Assembly (NCBI GenBank): GCA_963827235.1
Contig: CAWHAE010000016.1
Span: 288,001 to 352,000, forward strand
Source of the DNA: an uncultured bacterium
GTDB lineage: Bacteria > Chloroflexota > UBA5177 > JANWHV01
Direction of reading: 5' to 3'
Length of the DNA stretch: 64,000 nucleotides
The notes below the pieces were generated by a model, which was given only the letters and a program-made list of their open reading frames with translations, made no database searches and was not told the DNA's origin. Shown in pieces: positions 45,876-55,700 of the stretch (its first letter is position 1; every line of letters starts with the position of its first letter). The position numbers were made by a program, and so were the translations under genes.

Positions 45876-47357
45876 TTGCCGCATTTGCTGCAGACTCGCT
45901 ACCGCACCCTTATCCTCATAGCGGCGGTAGGTTTCGTCCTGCGCGTCTGGCTTTCCACAACGCAGGACGCTTGGATCGACGAGGCGTTCTCGCTGCAATT
46001 CATGGCGAGGTTACCGCTGAGACAGATCTGGGATGCGGCACAGACGCAGGACTCGCATCCGCCGCTGTATTACGTCGCGCTACACCTGTGGCTGAGGCTG
46101 GTGGGATTCGGCGTCTTTCAGGCCCGTCTGCTGTCCGTGCTGGCTGGCACCGCATGTATCCTCGTGCTGTACGACGTGGCGGACTTGCTCCTTGACCGCA
46201 CGACTGCCCACGTTGCGGCGGCGCTGCTAGCGATATCGCCGGTATCGGTGTGGTATTCCGACGAGATCCGCATGTTCATGCTTGCCGACTTCTTCGGGCT
46301 TGCGGCACTTTGCGCGGTGATCCGCGCCACTCGCAGCCCGGTCGGTAGCTGCCGCAGGTGGTGGATTGCCTACTCGCTGCTCTCGGCTCTGGCTGTCAGC
46401 AGCGATAGCAGTGGTGTCTATCTTGTCGCGGCAGCCAACCTGTACGCGCTGACAGAGGTGCTCGCAGGTAGAGTGCGCGCCGGCCTCTGGATAGCAGCGA
46501 ACCTGCTGGCCTTCGTGCTGGCAGCTCCCTCACTAGCAGTTCTTCGGTACCAGGCGATACATAGTAGGGGCCAGTTTGGTTGGATCACCGAACCCACGTT
46601 GGAGACCGTCTGGCACTCGATGGTGGATCTTGTGAGTATGAACGGCAACCTGGGTGTAGCCACTGCCGTGGGTGCCGGTTTGCTACTGATTGGTCTATCC
46701 GCCGGAGTACTGGATTCCTGCCGGGGCCGCCGCCCCGAGGCGTGGCTCTTGGTCGGGCTGATGACCGTCGTTCCCTTAGCCGTGCCGCTAGTCGTGAGTG
46801 TGGTGGTGCCGGTATTCCTCACCCGCACGATTCTGTCCGCTGTATTTGGATTGCTTCTGCTGTTTGCCTACGCCCTGGTAGCCTTGTTTCGCCGCCGCGT
46901 GTCGCTTGGACTGCTGGCTCTAGCTATCGTTCTCTTCCTCAACTGCCAGTCGCTCTGGGCAGTAGCCTCGCGCCCGCTCAAGGAGGATTGGCAGGGCCTG
47001 GCCCATTACGCCGCGAATCACCTTCAGCAAGACAGCATAGTCGTGATCGATCCATCATGGTTGCGCTATGGCTTCGAGCTCTACTGGCAGCCACACAATC
47101 GACCGGAAACCATGGATGACGGATCGGTCGACGCGTCCGCGGCCGTCGCCGGCAAGGCAGCAGCCGCGCATCAATCCATCTGGCTGATTGTCGGCTACCT
47201 GCCTGCTAACTCCCGCGGCAGTGAAGGTGCAGCGTACCTACGCAGCCACCAGCGACTGGTCAATATGCGTCGGTTCTTCGGCGGCCTCATGCTCTACCAC
47301 TACCTTGGTAGCCCGCCTGGATCGTCCGCACAAGCGGGCCTTCCGTCTGGCCCGTAG
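45876..47357 (+). CDS. GT39/PMT-like GT-C glycosyltransferase
   Basis: WIDEAFS, DSHPPLYY, ARLLS, YSDEIRMF, KEDW. Confidence 0.85.
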   Translation: MPHLLQTRYRTLILIAAVGFVLRVWLSTTQDAWIDEAFSLQFMARLPLRQIWDAAQTQDSHPPLYYVALHLWLRLVGFGVFQARLLSVLAGTACILVLYDVADLLLDRTTAHVAAALLAISPVSVWYSDEIRMFMLADFFGLAALCAVIRATRSPVGSCRRWWIAYSLLSALAVSSDSSGVYLVAAANLYALTEVLAGRVRAGLWIAANLLAFVLAAPSLAVLRYQAIHSRGQFGWITEPTLETVWHSMVDLVSMNGNLGVATAVGAGLLLIGLSAGVLDSCRGRRPEAWLLVGLMTVVPLAVPLVVSVVVPVFLTRTILSAVFGLLLLFAYALVALFRRRVSLGLLALAIVLFLNCQSLWAVASRPLKEDWQGLAHYAANHLQQDSIVVIDPSWLRYGFELYWQPHNRPETMDDGSVDASAAVAGKAAAAHQSIWLIVGYLPANSRGSEGAAYLRSHQRLVNMRRFFGGLMLYHYLGSPPGSSAQAGLPSGP

Positions 47358-47671
47358 AGCGCGGACATGCAGCGCGCCGCCCTGACTCAGCCGAAATCAG
47401 GTCACAGCCCCTTATTGGCGCGCAGATATCCGCGCAGCCGGGGGCGTGGAAAGGGGTTGCGCGCGTAGCCGTCACCTTCGACCCGAGGCGTCGGATCATC
47501 GGGAAGGCTAGCAGGCCTGGGCACGGCAAGCCGGCTGTAGCTGGGAGCACGGCAGCACGGGCGACCTCCACACGAAATAGGGTCCATGCACCGTTGGAAT
47601 GTTCGCACCTCCAGTTCATCACATCTCTCGACATGGAAATGCCTACCGGCTGTCCATACGGCTCAGCCAAC

Positions 47672-47729
47672 TTGACGGGGATTTCGCGCACCGCTAAACT
47701 CTGGACGAGTCTGCTCCTACAACGGTGTA
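47672..47729 (+). promoter_or_regulatory. Sigma70-type promoter plus a LacI-type operator
   Basis: TTGACG-17 bp-TAAACT, then the near-palindrome TACAACGGTGTA (47718-47729) just before the RBS. Confidence 0.6.
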
Positions 47730-47752
47730 TACAAGAAGGAGGGGTGCCGGCC

Positions 47753-48814
47753 GTGGCCAGAGGGAATGGGCGACCAGCCACAATTCGTGACGTCGCGGCG
47801 CGGGCGGGCGTCTCGTTCAAGAGCGTCTCGAATGTGGTCAATGATCGGCCGTATGTTTCGTCTGAGCTGAAGGCCAAGGTGCAGCAGGCTATCGACGAGC
47901 TCGGCTATCGCCCGCACTCGATTGCGCGCAGCCTCGCCAACAGCCGCAGCAACATACTTGGCGTGGTGCTGCGTGCTACGCCAGTCGACGCGCGCGCAGA
48001 TCCCTTCTTTTCCCAGTTTCTTCTCGGAGTGTGTGCGACCGCGGGTTCGCAAGGCTTCGGTGTGCTGGTGCAGATCGTGGCCAGTGAGGAGCCTATCCTG
48101 CATTACGCCGATCTCTTCGACCATCGGCAGGTCGACGGACTGATCATGCACTCCCCACGTATCGACGACGATCCGGGTGCCGAGGATAGCGAGCACTATC
48201 TGCCCGCCGTGCGGGTCGGGCGTGCACCGCCGAACACCGACGCGCTGGCAGTGGATGGAGACGACGAGCAAGGCGCGTTCCAGGCTGTACAGCACCTCAT
48301 CCGACTCGGACACACCAGGATCGGCATGATTGCCAATGCAGGACCGGCGTTCACCGTCTCAGTCACGCGGACGCTGGGCTACCGGCGCGCGCTCGCCCAG
48401 CACGGAATTGCATTCGACGAAGAACTACTTCTGTCCGGGCGCTTCACAATGCAGAGTGGCCGAGATGAGATGGCCAGACTGCTCGACGTTCCGTGCCGCC
48501 CCACTGCCTGTTTCGTTAGCAGCGACCGCATGGCGCTGGGCGCGATGCAGGAGGTGAAGGCGCGCGGATTGACGATCCCGGCCGACATTGCCATGGTGGG
48601 CTACGACGATCTCTTTGTTGCCGGTCACACGTGCCCCCGTCTCACCTCCGTCCGGGCGCCGATCGATGAAATCAGCACTCGCGCTACGCAGATGCTTGTC
48701 GACACCATTCGAGGTGTGATGGTCAACCCTCGGCAGGTCATCCTGCCGACGGAGCTGGTTATCCGCGAGTCGTGTGGCGGAGTCCAGTCGGAGTCGACAC
48801 GGTCCATGCCGTAG
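47753..48814 (+). CDS. LacI-family transcriptional regulator
   Basis: HTH ATIRDVAARAGVSFKSVSNVVN, plus GYDD and TELVIRESC. Confidence 0.95.
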   Translation: MARGNGRPATIRDVAARAGVSFKSVSNVVNDRPYVSSELKAKVQQAIDELGYRPHSIARSLANSRSNILGVVLRATPVDARADPFFSQFLLGVCATAGSQGFGVLVQIVASEEPILHYADLFDHRQVDGLIMHSPRIDDDPGAEDSEHYLPAVRVGRAPPNTDALAVDGDDEQGAFQAVQHLIRLGHTRIGMIANAGPAFTVSVTRTLGYRRALAQHGIAFDEELLLSGRFTMQSGRDEMARLLDVPCRPTACFVSSDRMALGAMQEVKARGLTIPADIAMVGYDDLFVAGHTCPRLTSVRAPIDEISTRATQMLVDTIRGVMVNPRQVILPTELVIRESCGGVQSESTRSMP

Positions 48815-49099
48815 CCGGTCGCCCGACTTCACCCAGCCCAGCTGCTCGTTTGGTAATCTCCACCTCGCCACAACGGCATTCGACCGGCGGAGCTCGGCAG
48901 TCCTTGCCATAACTATCCAGGCCAGTTACTCCCAAAAACGCAGATGCCGTCCCCTCGGGATGCTTCGCGCGTGAATGCCCGGCGTTCTGCCGTGATCGGC
49001 CGGTAGGAGATCTGTGTCTAGCACGGCAGAGCCGGGTAGGGTAGGATTGGTCAGGACGGGCCATTCCAGCCGTTCGGCGCTCCACAAGCGGAGGACCAC

Positions 49100-51214
49100 A
49101 TGATCGACGACCCTGAACTTCTTGGTAGTTCCTTGCCCGCGCCGGCCGGTCCGGCCGCGTTGCCTGAGCAACAGGCCACCTGGACTGATGACGATGCCGT
49201 CGAAGACGACGATGACGACGATCCGGCGCGTACTCAAGGCATCACTCCATTTGGGCGTACCGCGTCGTATGTGCATTCCACTCCGGAGCCGGTCGCCGGC
49301 GCCCTGCCACGACGGATCCGGAGGCGCGCCGACTTCGCACGTTGCTTGGCGAAGCTGCTGGACGAACTGCCACCGGGAACCCTGCTCACCACCAAGGGAG
49401 CCACACTGTTCGCGGAGACCGCGGCTGACTCCTGCGGGACGACTGTGGCCGGCGTCTTCAAACTGGAATTCAAGTCAGAGACTGTCGCCAAGATTGATGC
49501 GGGTACCGCCTACTTTGCCCGCCCGGTTACGGCTGCCATGCTGGACAAGGCGCACAAACACGAGCGCGTGTACTGCGGCTCCGAGTTGCTCATCGCCCGT
49601 ACCTGGCCATGGGACCCTGCCGACGTTGCCAGGAGCGCGGTCTTCCTGGTGCTCAGTGCACCGCCGCATCCCGCAGATGGCATAGCCTTCAACTTTACAG
49701 ACGTTGACAGGCGTCGCATCACGACCCTGACGACGCTCATCGGTCTGCGAGAGGAGTCCTACGAGCAGAAACGCGCCGAGCAGTTGCTGCGCAAGGGGAC
49801 CAAAGTCATGGCTGCGACCTCCCGGGTAGAGAAGCGCCTGGCCGACCTCGCTTCCGCTATTTCCGAGGCGGCGGGTGCCGAGCATGTGGCAATCTGGCTC
49901 GCCTCCCAGGGCAACACCGACACCTTCCGGCTTCGGGCCGTCGCGGGTGGACCATCACCCGAAGACCAGGCAGAACACCTCACCGCCAGCCCGTCCATGC
50001 ATCGAGACATGCTGCGCCTGGCACAGGGACGGCCGGTTGCCGTTGCCACTTCAGCGTTACAGTGGCTGCCGCGAGTGTTCGACGTCGCACCGGAGCGGTT
50101 GGGAGATTCGGCGCTCGTCATCCCGGTTCGCCGCGCGGGCGACCTGATTGGAGTGGCGGCCGGAGTGTCGTCCGTCGAGAATGCTGAAAGCATAGCCGAC
50201 GTTGGGCAGGAATCGATCGTCGGACTACTCGAGGCGCTGGCCGACCAAGTTGCTCTGGCCACGGAGTTCGCACACTCTGCCCGGGACGCCCAGCAGAATG
50301 CGCGACGCTTCGCGCTGCTGGCGGCGATCGCCGAGATAGCTCTTGCTAAGTTGGGTGCCACGGAGATGGTCGACGCGATACTGACACGCGTGCGGGAGCA
50401 CTTCGACTCGCACAAGGCCAGCCTGTTTCTGTTGCATGGCGATCGAGGCTCCTTGGGCACGCGGTCGGTGCAGAGGCAGGACCAGACGACCTCCCGCATG
50501 CACACGGCGAGGGTCGCCGTATCGTGGGATGACCAGCTCATCGGCAGCCTTGTGCTGAGACGAGCCGACACACCGTTTGACTCGACGGATGAAGAAACGC
50601 TCGTGCAAGTCGCGGATCAAATCGCGCTGGCTCTTAGCGCATCGGGCCGGTTCGAGTTCGAGGCGTCCATGGCTGTGCTCGACATGCTGACCGATCTGCC
50701 CAACCGGAGATCAGCCGAGAAAACGCTGGATAATGAGCTTGGCCACGTCTCCCGAGACTCCGACGCCTACCTGATTATCTGCCTTCTCGATATCGATCAC
50801 TTCAAACATATCAACGACACATTCGGACACGAGAACGGCGACATGGTGCTAAGGCAGATTGCAACGATGTTCAAGGCACAGCTGCGGGGCTCAGACTATG
50901 TGGCGCGATGGGGGGGCGAGGAATTCCTCTTGCTGTACAGGACCGGCGATCTCGCTCGCTCGCGACAGGTCGCCGAGCGCGTGCGGCGTGCCGTCGGCAT
51001 GATCAGTCCCAAGACGACGAACGGGGAAAAGATCGACGTTACGATGTCGCTGGGCGGCGCTATCTGTCCTGTCAACGGCACCACGCGCGACGTTCTTCTG
51101 CTCGCCGCGGACGCCGCTCTCTATCGGGCAAAGGCCGCCGGACGAGATCAGGCGGCGTGGGCCCCAGACCCGGATGACGCACGACGCGATACGCCTGCCA
51201 TCGCCGGCCGGTAG
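49100..51214 (+). CDS. GAF-containing diguanylate cyclase
   Basis: DIDHFKHINDTFGH, I-site RGSD, active site RWGGEEF. Confidence 0.92.
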   Translation: MIDDPELLGSSLPAPAGPAALPEQQATWTDDDAVEDDDDDDPARTQGITPFGRTASYVHSTPEPVAGALPRRIRRRADFARCLAKLLDELPPGTLLTTKGATLFAETAADSCGTTVAGVFKLEFKSETVAKIDAGTAYFARPVTAAMLDKAHKHERVYCGSELLIARTWPWDPADVARSAVFLVLSAPPHPADGIAFNFTDVDRRRITTLTTLIGLREESYEQKRAEQLLRKGTKVMAATSRVEKRLADLASAISEAAGAEHVAIWLASQGNTDTFRLRAVAGGPSPEDQAEHLTASPSMHRDMLRLAQGRPVAVATSALQWLPRVFDVAPERLGDSALVIPVRRAGDLIGVAAGVSSVENAESIADVGQESIVGLLEALADQVALATEFAHSARDAQQNARRFALLAAIAEIALAKLGATEMVDAILTRVREHFDSHKASLFLLHGDRGSLGTRSVQRQDQTTSRMHTARVAVSWDDQLIGSLVLRRADTPFDSTDEETLVQVADQIALALSASGRFEFEASMAVLDMLTDLPNRRSAEKTLDNELGHVSRDSDAYLIICLLDIDHFKHINDTFGHENGDMVLRQIATMFKAQLRGSDYVARWGGEEFLLLYRTGDLARSRQVAERVRRAVGMISPKTTNGEKIDVTMSLGGAICPVNGTTRDVLLLAADAALYRAKAAGRDQAAWAPDPDDARRDTPAIAGR

Positions 51215-51288
51215 ACTCCTCACGGCACGCTGTTAGACGGCGCCTCGTTGCGCCGTCTCCGGCAGAATAAGGTCGTGCTTCCCATGAG

Positions 51289-51897
51289 TTAGGCCAGGCT
51301 GGCAGCCCGGGACTCGACGTCGACCAGGGACAGCTCTATGCGATGCGGCTCGCGAGCGAGCACGGTGAACGCCCTCTCGTACACTGCCGCCAGGCTTCGC
51401 AGAAGAGAACCGGCACTGCCACACTGAACGCTTACCTGCAGCGTTCCCTGGTGGAGTTGGCGCACCCTGATGCTGCCTGCCTCTGGGAGGCTCGCCAGAG
51501 CCCTTTGGAAACCGCCGACGTCGCGAAACGATTTGAAGCTCGAAACTACGAGCTCCACAAAAGCATTCTCCGACGCCATGCCAACCACCGTCAGCTGCCC
51601 GTGCGCGGCAGGCACCGGAAACGCTCCTCCGCCCGATGTGCCCTCGCTCAAACGAGCCGCCTGGTACCAGGAAGCATACGGCGGCATGCTCGTAGCAGAA
51701 CCCACGACCGGGCCATCTGCGGCACCCGGCTCCTGACCCTGCGCCTCGGCAAAGGCAGCCGGCCGCGTACCCATTCGCGTGGAAAGGGCAACACCAGGCC
51801 GGCGCCCGTCGCCGCCCACTCCGCTCATCCGGTCATTCATGATCAACCTCATACTTGCTCGAGCCGACTGGTCGCCGTCATCGGGGCGCGTGCCCAT
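51289..51897 (-). CDS. Hypothetical protein with a compact C-terminal alpha/beta domain (start uncertain)
   Basis: Co-directional with the GtrA/GT2 genes. Globular C-terminus VELVVSSFKSF...FQRALASLP. Confidence 0.5.
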   Translation of the reverse strand: MGTRPDDGDQSARASMRLIMNDRMSGVGGDGRRPGVALSTRMGTRPAAFAEAQGQEPGAADGPVVGSATSMPPYASWYQAARLSEGTSGGGAFPVPAAHGQLTVVGMASENAFVELVVSSFKSFRDVGGFQRALASLPEAGSIRVRQLHQGTLQVSVQCGSAGSLLRSLAAVYERAFTVLAREPHRIELSLVDVESRAASLA

Positions 51898-52032
51898 TAC
51901 CTGTACGTTACCTGGTCAGCTACGGTCCGAATAACATCCAAATGGATAGAGATCACTGCTCAGGCTGGATCCAACCGGTACCACTACGTGCGCAAGTGGA
52001 ATCCACAAGCGGGTCAGCTATGCACCGGTCAG

Positions 52033-52632
52033 CTAGGCCAGCTCTTCTGCCGGACTCAAGGACCCTACGCTGCGCCGCACCCGGTCTCCATCCTGGCCAC
52101 CGCCTAGCTGGCCTTCTCCGCCTGCCAGGGTGCCCGCGCTCGTGACTCGCGCACCGCGAGCGCGCGCCCGGCGAGCGGCGTTGCCGGGACCGACTTGCAC
52201 CTCCTCCGGAGCCGGAGTGAATACGAACCTGCTGGCAAGAAAGAAGTTGCATGCAAAGGCAGCCACGATTCCACCCATGTCAGCCTCGAGATAGTGCAGG
52301 CCAGAGGCCAGCAGCAAGCCAAACGCAAACGCGTTGATTGCTACGCCGGATATTGAGCTGAGCTGAGCACGCAGTGCGCGCCACATCCATTCGATGCCGC
52401 GAACGTGCGTTTGGTCGTGATACGTGAATCGTTGGTTCGCGTAGAAGTTGATCAGTGCGCTGCACTCAAAAGCCATGAGCCAGGCTAGCACCGTGTTCAC
52501 GCGGAGTTCCCTGTGAAAGAGCCAGAGGAACCCGACGTTGACCGGAATTCCGACGGCGCCCACGAGCGCAAAGCGAACTACGCGGCGGGCCAAAGTCGCC
52601 CTGAATCCAGTGCGGAAGGCAAGAAAGAACAC
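52033..52632 (-). CDS. GtrA-family protein
   Basis: RFALVGAVG..VN, NFYANQRFTY, NFFLASRFVF, 4 TM segments. Confidence 0.88.
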   Translation of the reverse strand: MFFLAFRTGFRATLARRVVRFALVGAVGIPVNVGFLWLFHRELRVNTVLAWLMAFECSALINFYANQRFTYHDQTHVRGIEWMWRALRAQLSSISGVAINAFAFGLLLASGLHYLEADMGGIVAAFACNFFLASRFVFTPAPEEVQVGPGNAARRARARGARVTSAGTLAGGEGQLGGGQDGDRVRRSVGSLSPAEELA

Positions 52633-52725
52633 GGACTACTCCTTTGCGCAGGACACGTGAGGTCGGCAGCACCTGGTGCCGGCCGAAACGACCAGGTAGT
52701 GCCGACCCGAGACGCCGAGAGGACT

Positions 52726-55700
52726 CTACGCCACTTCCACTTGCTGCGCCGATGTTGCCGGCGCAGTCAGCGGAGATGTCGATCCCGAATGGTTGGTTAC
52801 TCGATACAGGCCGTGTATCGTCTTCTCCCAATAGAAAGGCTTGAACCAGAGCTGGATGAAGCCCTTCCAGGCAGCGAGGCTCATCAACGCCCAGTAGAGC
52901 GGTGAGAGAAGCGCGAACTTCACCTTGTCGTACATGCCGGGACGTAGACAACCTGCCACGTTCAAGTACACGAACGCCGTGTTGCCCAGAACCAAGCTGA
53001 GTCCTCCCAGGTAGAAGATCGGCGCCGGAAACAGCTCCCGTATCAGGTGCGCATGTGAGGAATACCAGAGTGCCGTCAGACACCAGAGTATAGGGTTCAC
53101 GAGCAGCCCGAAGAACGTGCCCCCGACGACTATATTGAAGCTGAGAAATGCCTTCAACCCGACCTCCCTGCAGAACTGCACCGGGTGGCGCATGTGCACG
53201 AGGTACGTTTGCACATAGCCCTTCACCCATCGCGAGCGCTGCCGGATCCAGTTGTAGACCTCGCTCGTAGCCTCTTCGTAGGTCGTACTCTCAATGACGG
53301 CCGTGCGCCAGCCTCGCCGGAAAAGTCGTACCCCCAGATCAGCATCCTCGGTCACGTTGAACGGATCCCAGGCTCCGATCTCGAGCAGGTACGAGACCTT
53401 GAAGTGGTTCGATGTGCCTCCCAGCGGCACAGGGGCGCCACTGGCGTCGAGTCCGGGCAGGAACAGGTCGAACCACATGGAATACTCGATGGAAAACCAT
53501 CGTGTGAGCCAGTTCTGATCGCTGTTGTAGTAGCTGAGCTTTGCCTGCAGACACACAACATCCGCCGGAACTTTCCGAAAGCCTATCACTGCCTTCTTGA
53601 GCTGATCGGGCTCCGGTACGTCCTCGGCATCGTATATTACGACGTACTCGCCTCGTGCATGGATGAGTCCATAGTTGCACGCTTTCGGCTTGCCGCGCGG
53701 GTGCGCTGCCGGCACGACGACGGGGTGCACGAATGCCGGCAGCTGCATTGCTGCAACGGCGCCGCGGGTGCTCATGTCGTCCTCTTCCAGCAACAGCTTC
53801 ACGTCCAGCTTCGTGGGAGGATAGTCGAGCCGGGCCAGGCCTGCCACCAACGCCGGGAGCACCGCAGCCTCTCGATAAAGGGGCACCAGCACGGTGTAGA
53901 CCGGCAAATCGACATCGTCCAGGGCAGCGAGCTCGTCATCACCCACCGGTATCTCAAGATCGTGTGAGAGCGATCGGTAGATGAGATACCCACGGTAGAA
54001 TGAGAATGCCGCGTACAGGAGTGTGCATATGGCGGCGAGGCCGACACCCAATACGACCGGAGCCCGCCAGAGCAATGCTATGGCTACCACCCCTGCCGCT
54101 GCGAACGTGACAGTCTGAGATCGCGTGACAACGCGAGCCGCGGACTCCTCCGGCGACCGCACGGCGAGCTCGGTACTACTGCGCTCGAGGTAGAGATCGC
54201 GGTAGAGCGACTCAAGAGCGGCCTCGAAATCCTCTTCGGTGCAGATCATCGGCTGGATTGGTAAGCCCAGAAGCGTCTCGGCTTCCTCACGCGCCACGAC
54301 GTCCAGCGGGTCGGGCATCACTGCCACCAAGATGGACCCGGCCTCGTACAACGGCAAGACGCCCAGCCTGCGCTCATCCTGCTCCGGTATGCGACGAGCA
54401 AGGTCTTCGTCAATCCTTATGCCCTTCAGTCCTACGAAGGGAAGGTCCAGCTGCTCCGCCAGGAAGTAGGCCAGCTGCTCCTGCGTAATGAGGCTCAGGT
54501 GGATCAAAGCCTGGCCCAGCCGCACACCTGACGACGCGTGCAACGCAACTGCACGCTCGAGTTCCTCTTCGGATACGACACCGCTCAGCAACAACCGCTC
54601 GCCAAGCTGAGCGCTTCCGCTGGACCGGGCGATTGCGGCGAGGATCTCCGGTCTTGGCGCGACCGTCAACCGGCAGATCGCCGGGCTCAGCGAGGCCACG
54701 GCAGAATGCACCTCCGGAGCGCATGGATCGGCCACCGCGACTACTATGCAGGATCCCTGCAGGCCAGATGATGGCTGGCCCACAGAGGCAGCTTCGACGT
54801 CGACGGAGACGTGCTCGCGGCGAATGGGCAGCACACCGCGGCTGCGCGCCATGCCAAGCGGCACCATGGTAGCTACAGCCGGGTCAACCGGTACATGCGG
54901 CAAATCGATGCGGACACGACTCTCGGTCTCGAAGTAGACCTCGTCCAGCTTTCCCGTATGCCGTAGGTTGACTCGAGGCAGGTTGCAGAGTCGCGACGCA
55001 AGCTCCGCGAACTCCTCGTAATCCAGGACGCCTGCATTGACAAGCGCCTGGTCTGCTCCCGCTTCCGGCCCGTCGAGATACTGCAACAAGTTGACCCCGA
55101 CGAGCCGGCCCTGGTGCTGCAGGAAGCCGATCACCGGATGAGCAGCGTAGATGTTCAGCGCTCGCGACGATACGGCGAAAGCACGCAAGCGCGACCTGAT
55201 CGCCTCGTCCGCCGCCGCGACGGGTCGGATTACCATGCCCGACGCTCGAGCGAGCGCACGACAGATCTCGCCACTTGGAGCGGCCATAGCTACCCACAAC
55301 ACGTGCCCGTCCCGACGAAGCGGAACGGCACAGAGGGCCTCGAGCAGGTTGCGCGAGATAAGCTGCACCAGCTCGGGCTTGACGGCGTAGTACTCGAGGC
55401 GTACAGATGGCGTGGTGTGCTGCGGGCCGCTCTCCCGCGTTGTCGCGCCACCTCGACGAGCTCCCGTCGCGCCGTCGGCTGCCTTCCGACCGCGCCAGAG
55501 CGCCTGCAGCCGCCAAGCATCGGTCTCCCTATAATGACGGGCCTGAGCGCCTTGCAGCCTGTCCGGGCTCATCTCGTGCAGACGCACGCGCGCGCCGGTG
55601 AGTCGCGAGATGGCACGGCGAATAGCTTCGGCCTCGGGGTGCCGTGCCGCGATACCAAGAGTCAGAACGTCATGATCGCTCATTACCGGGACGATCGACA

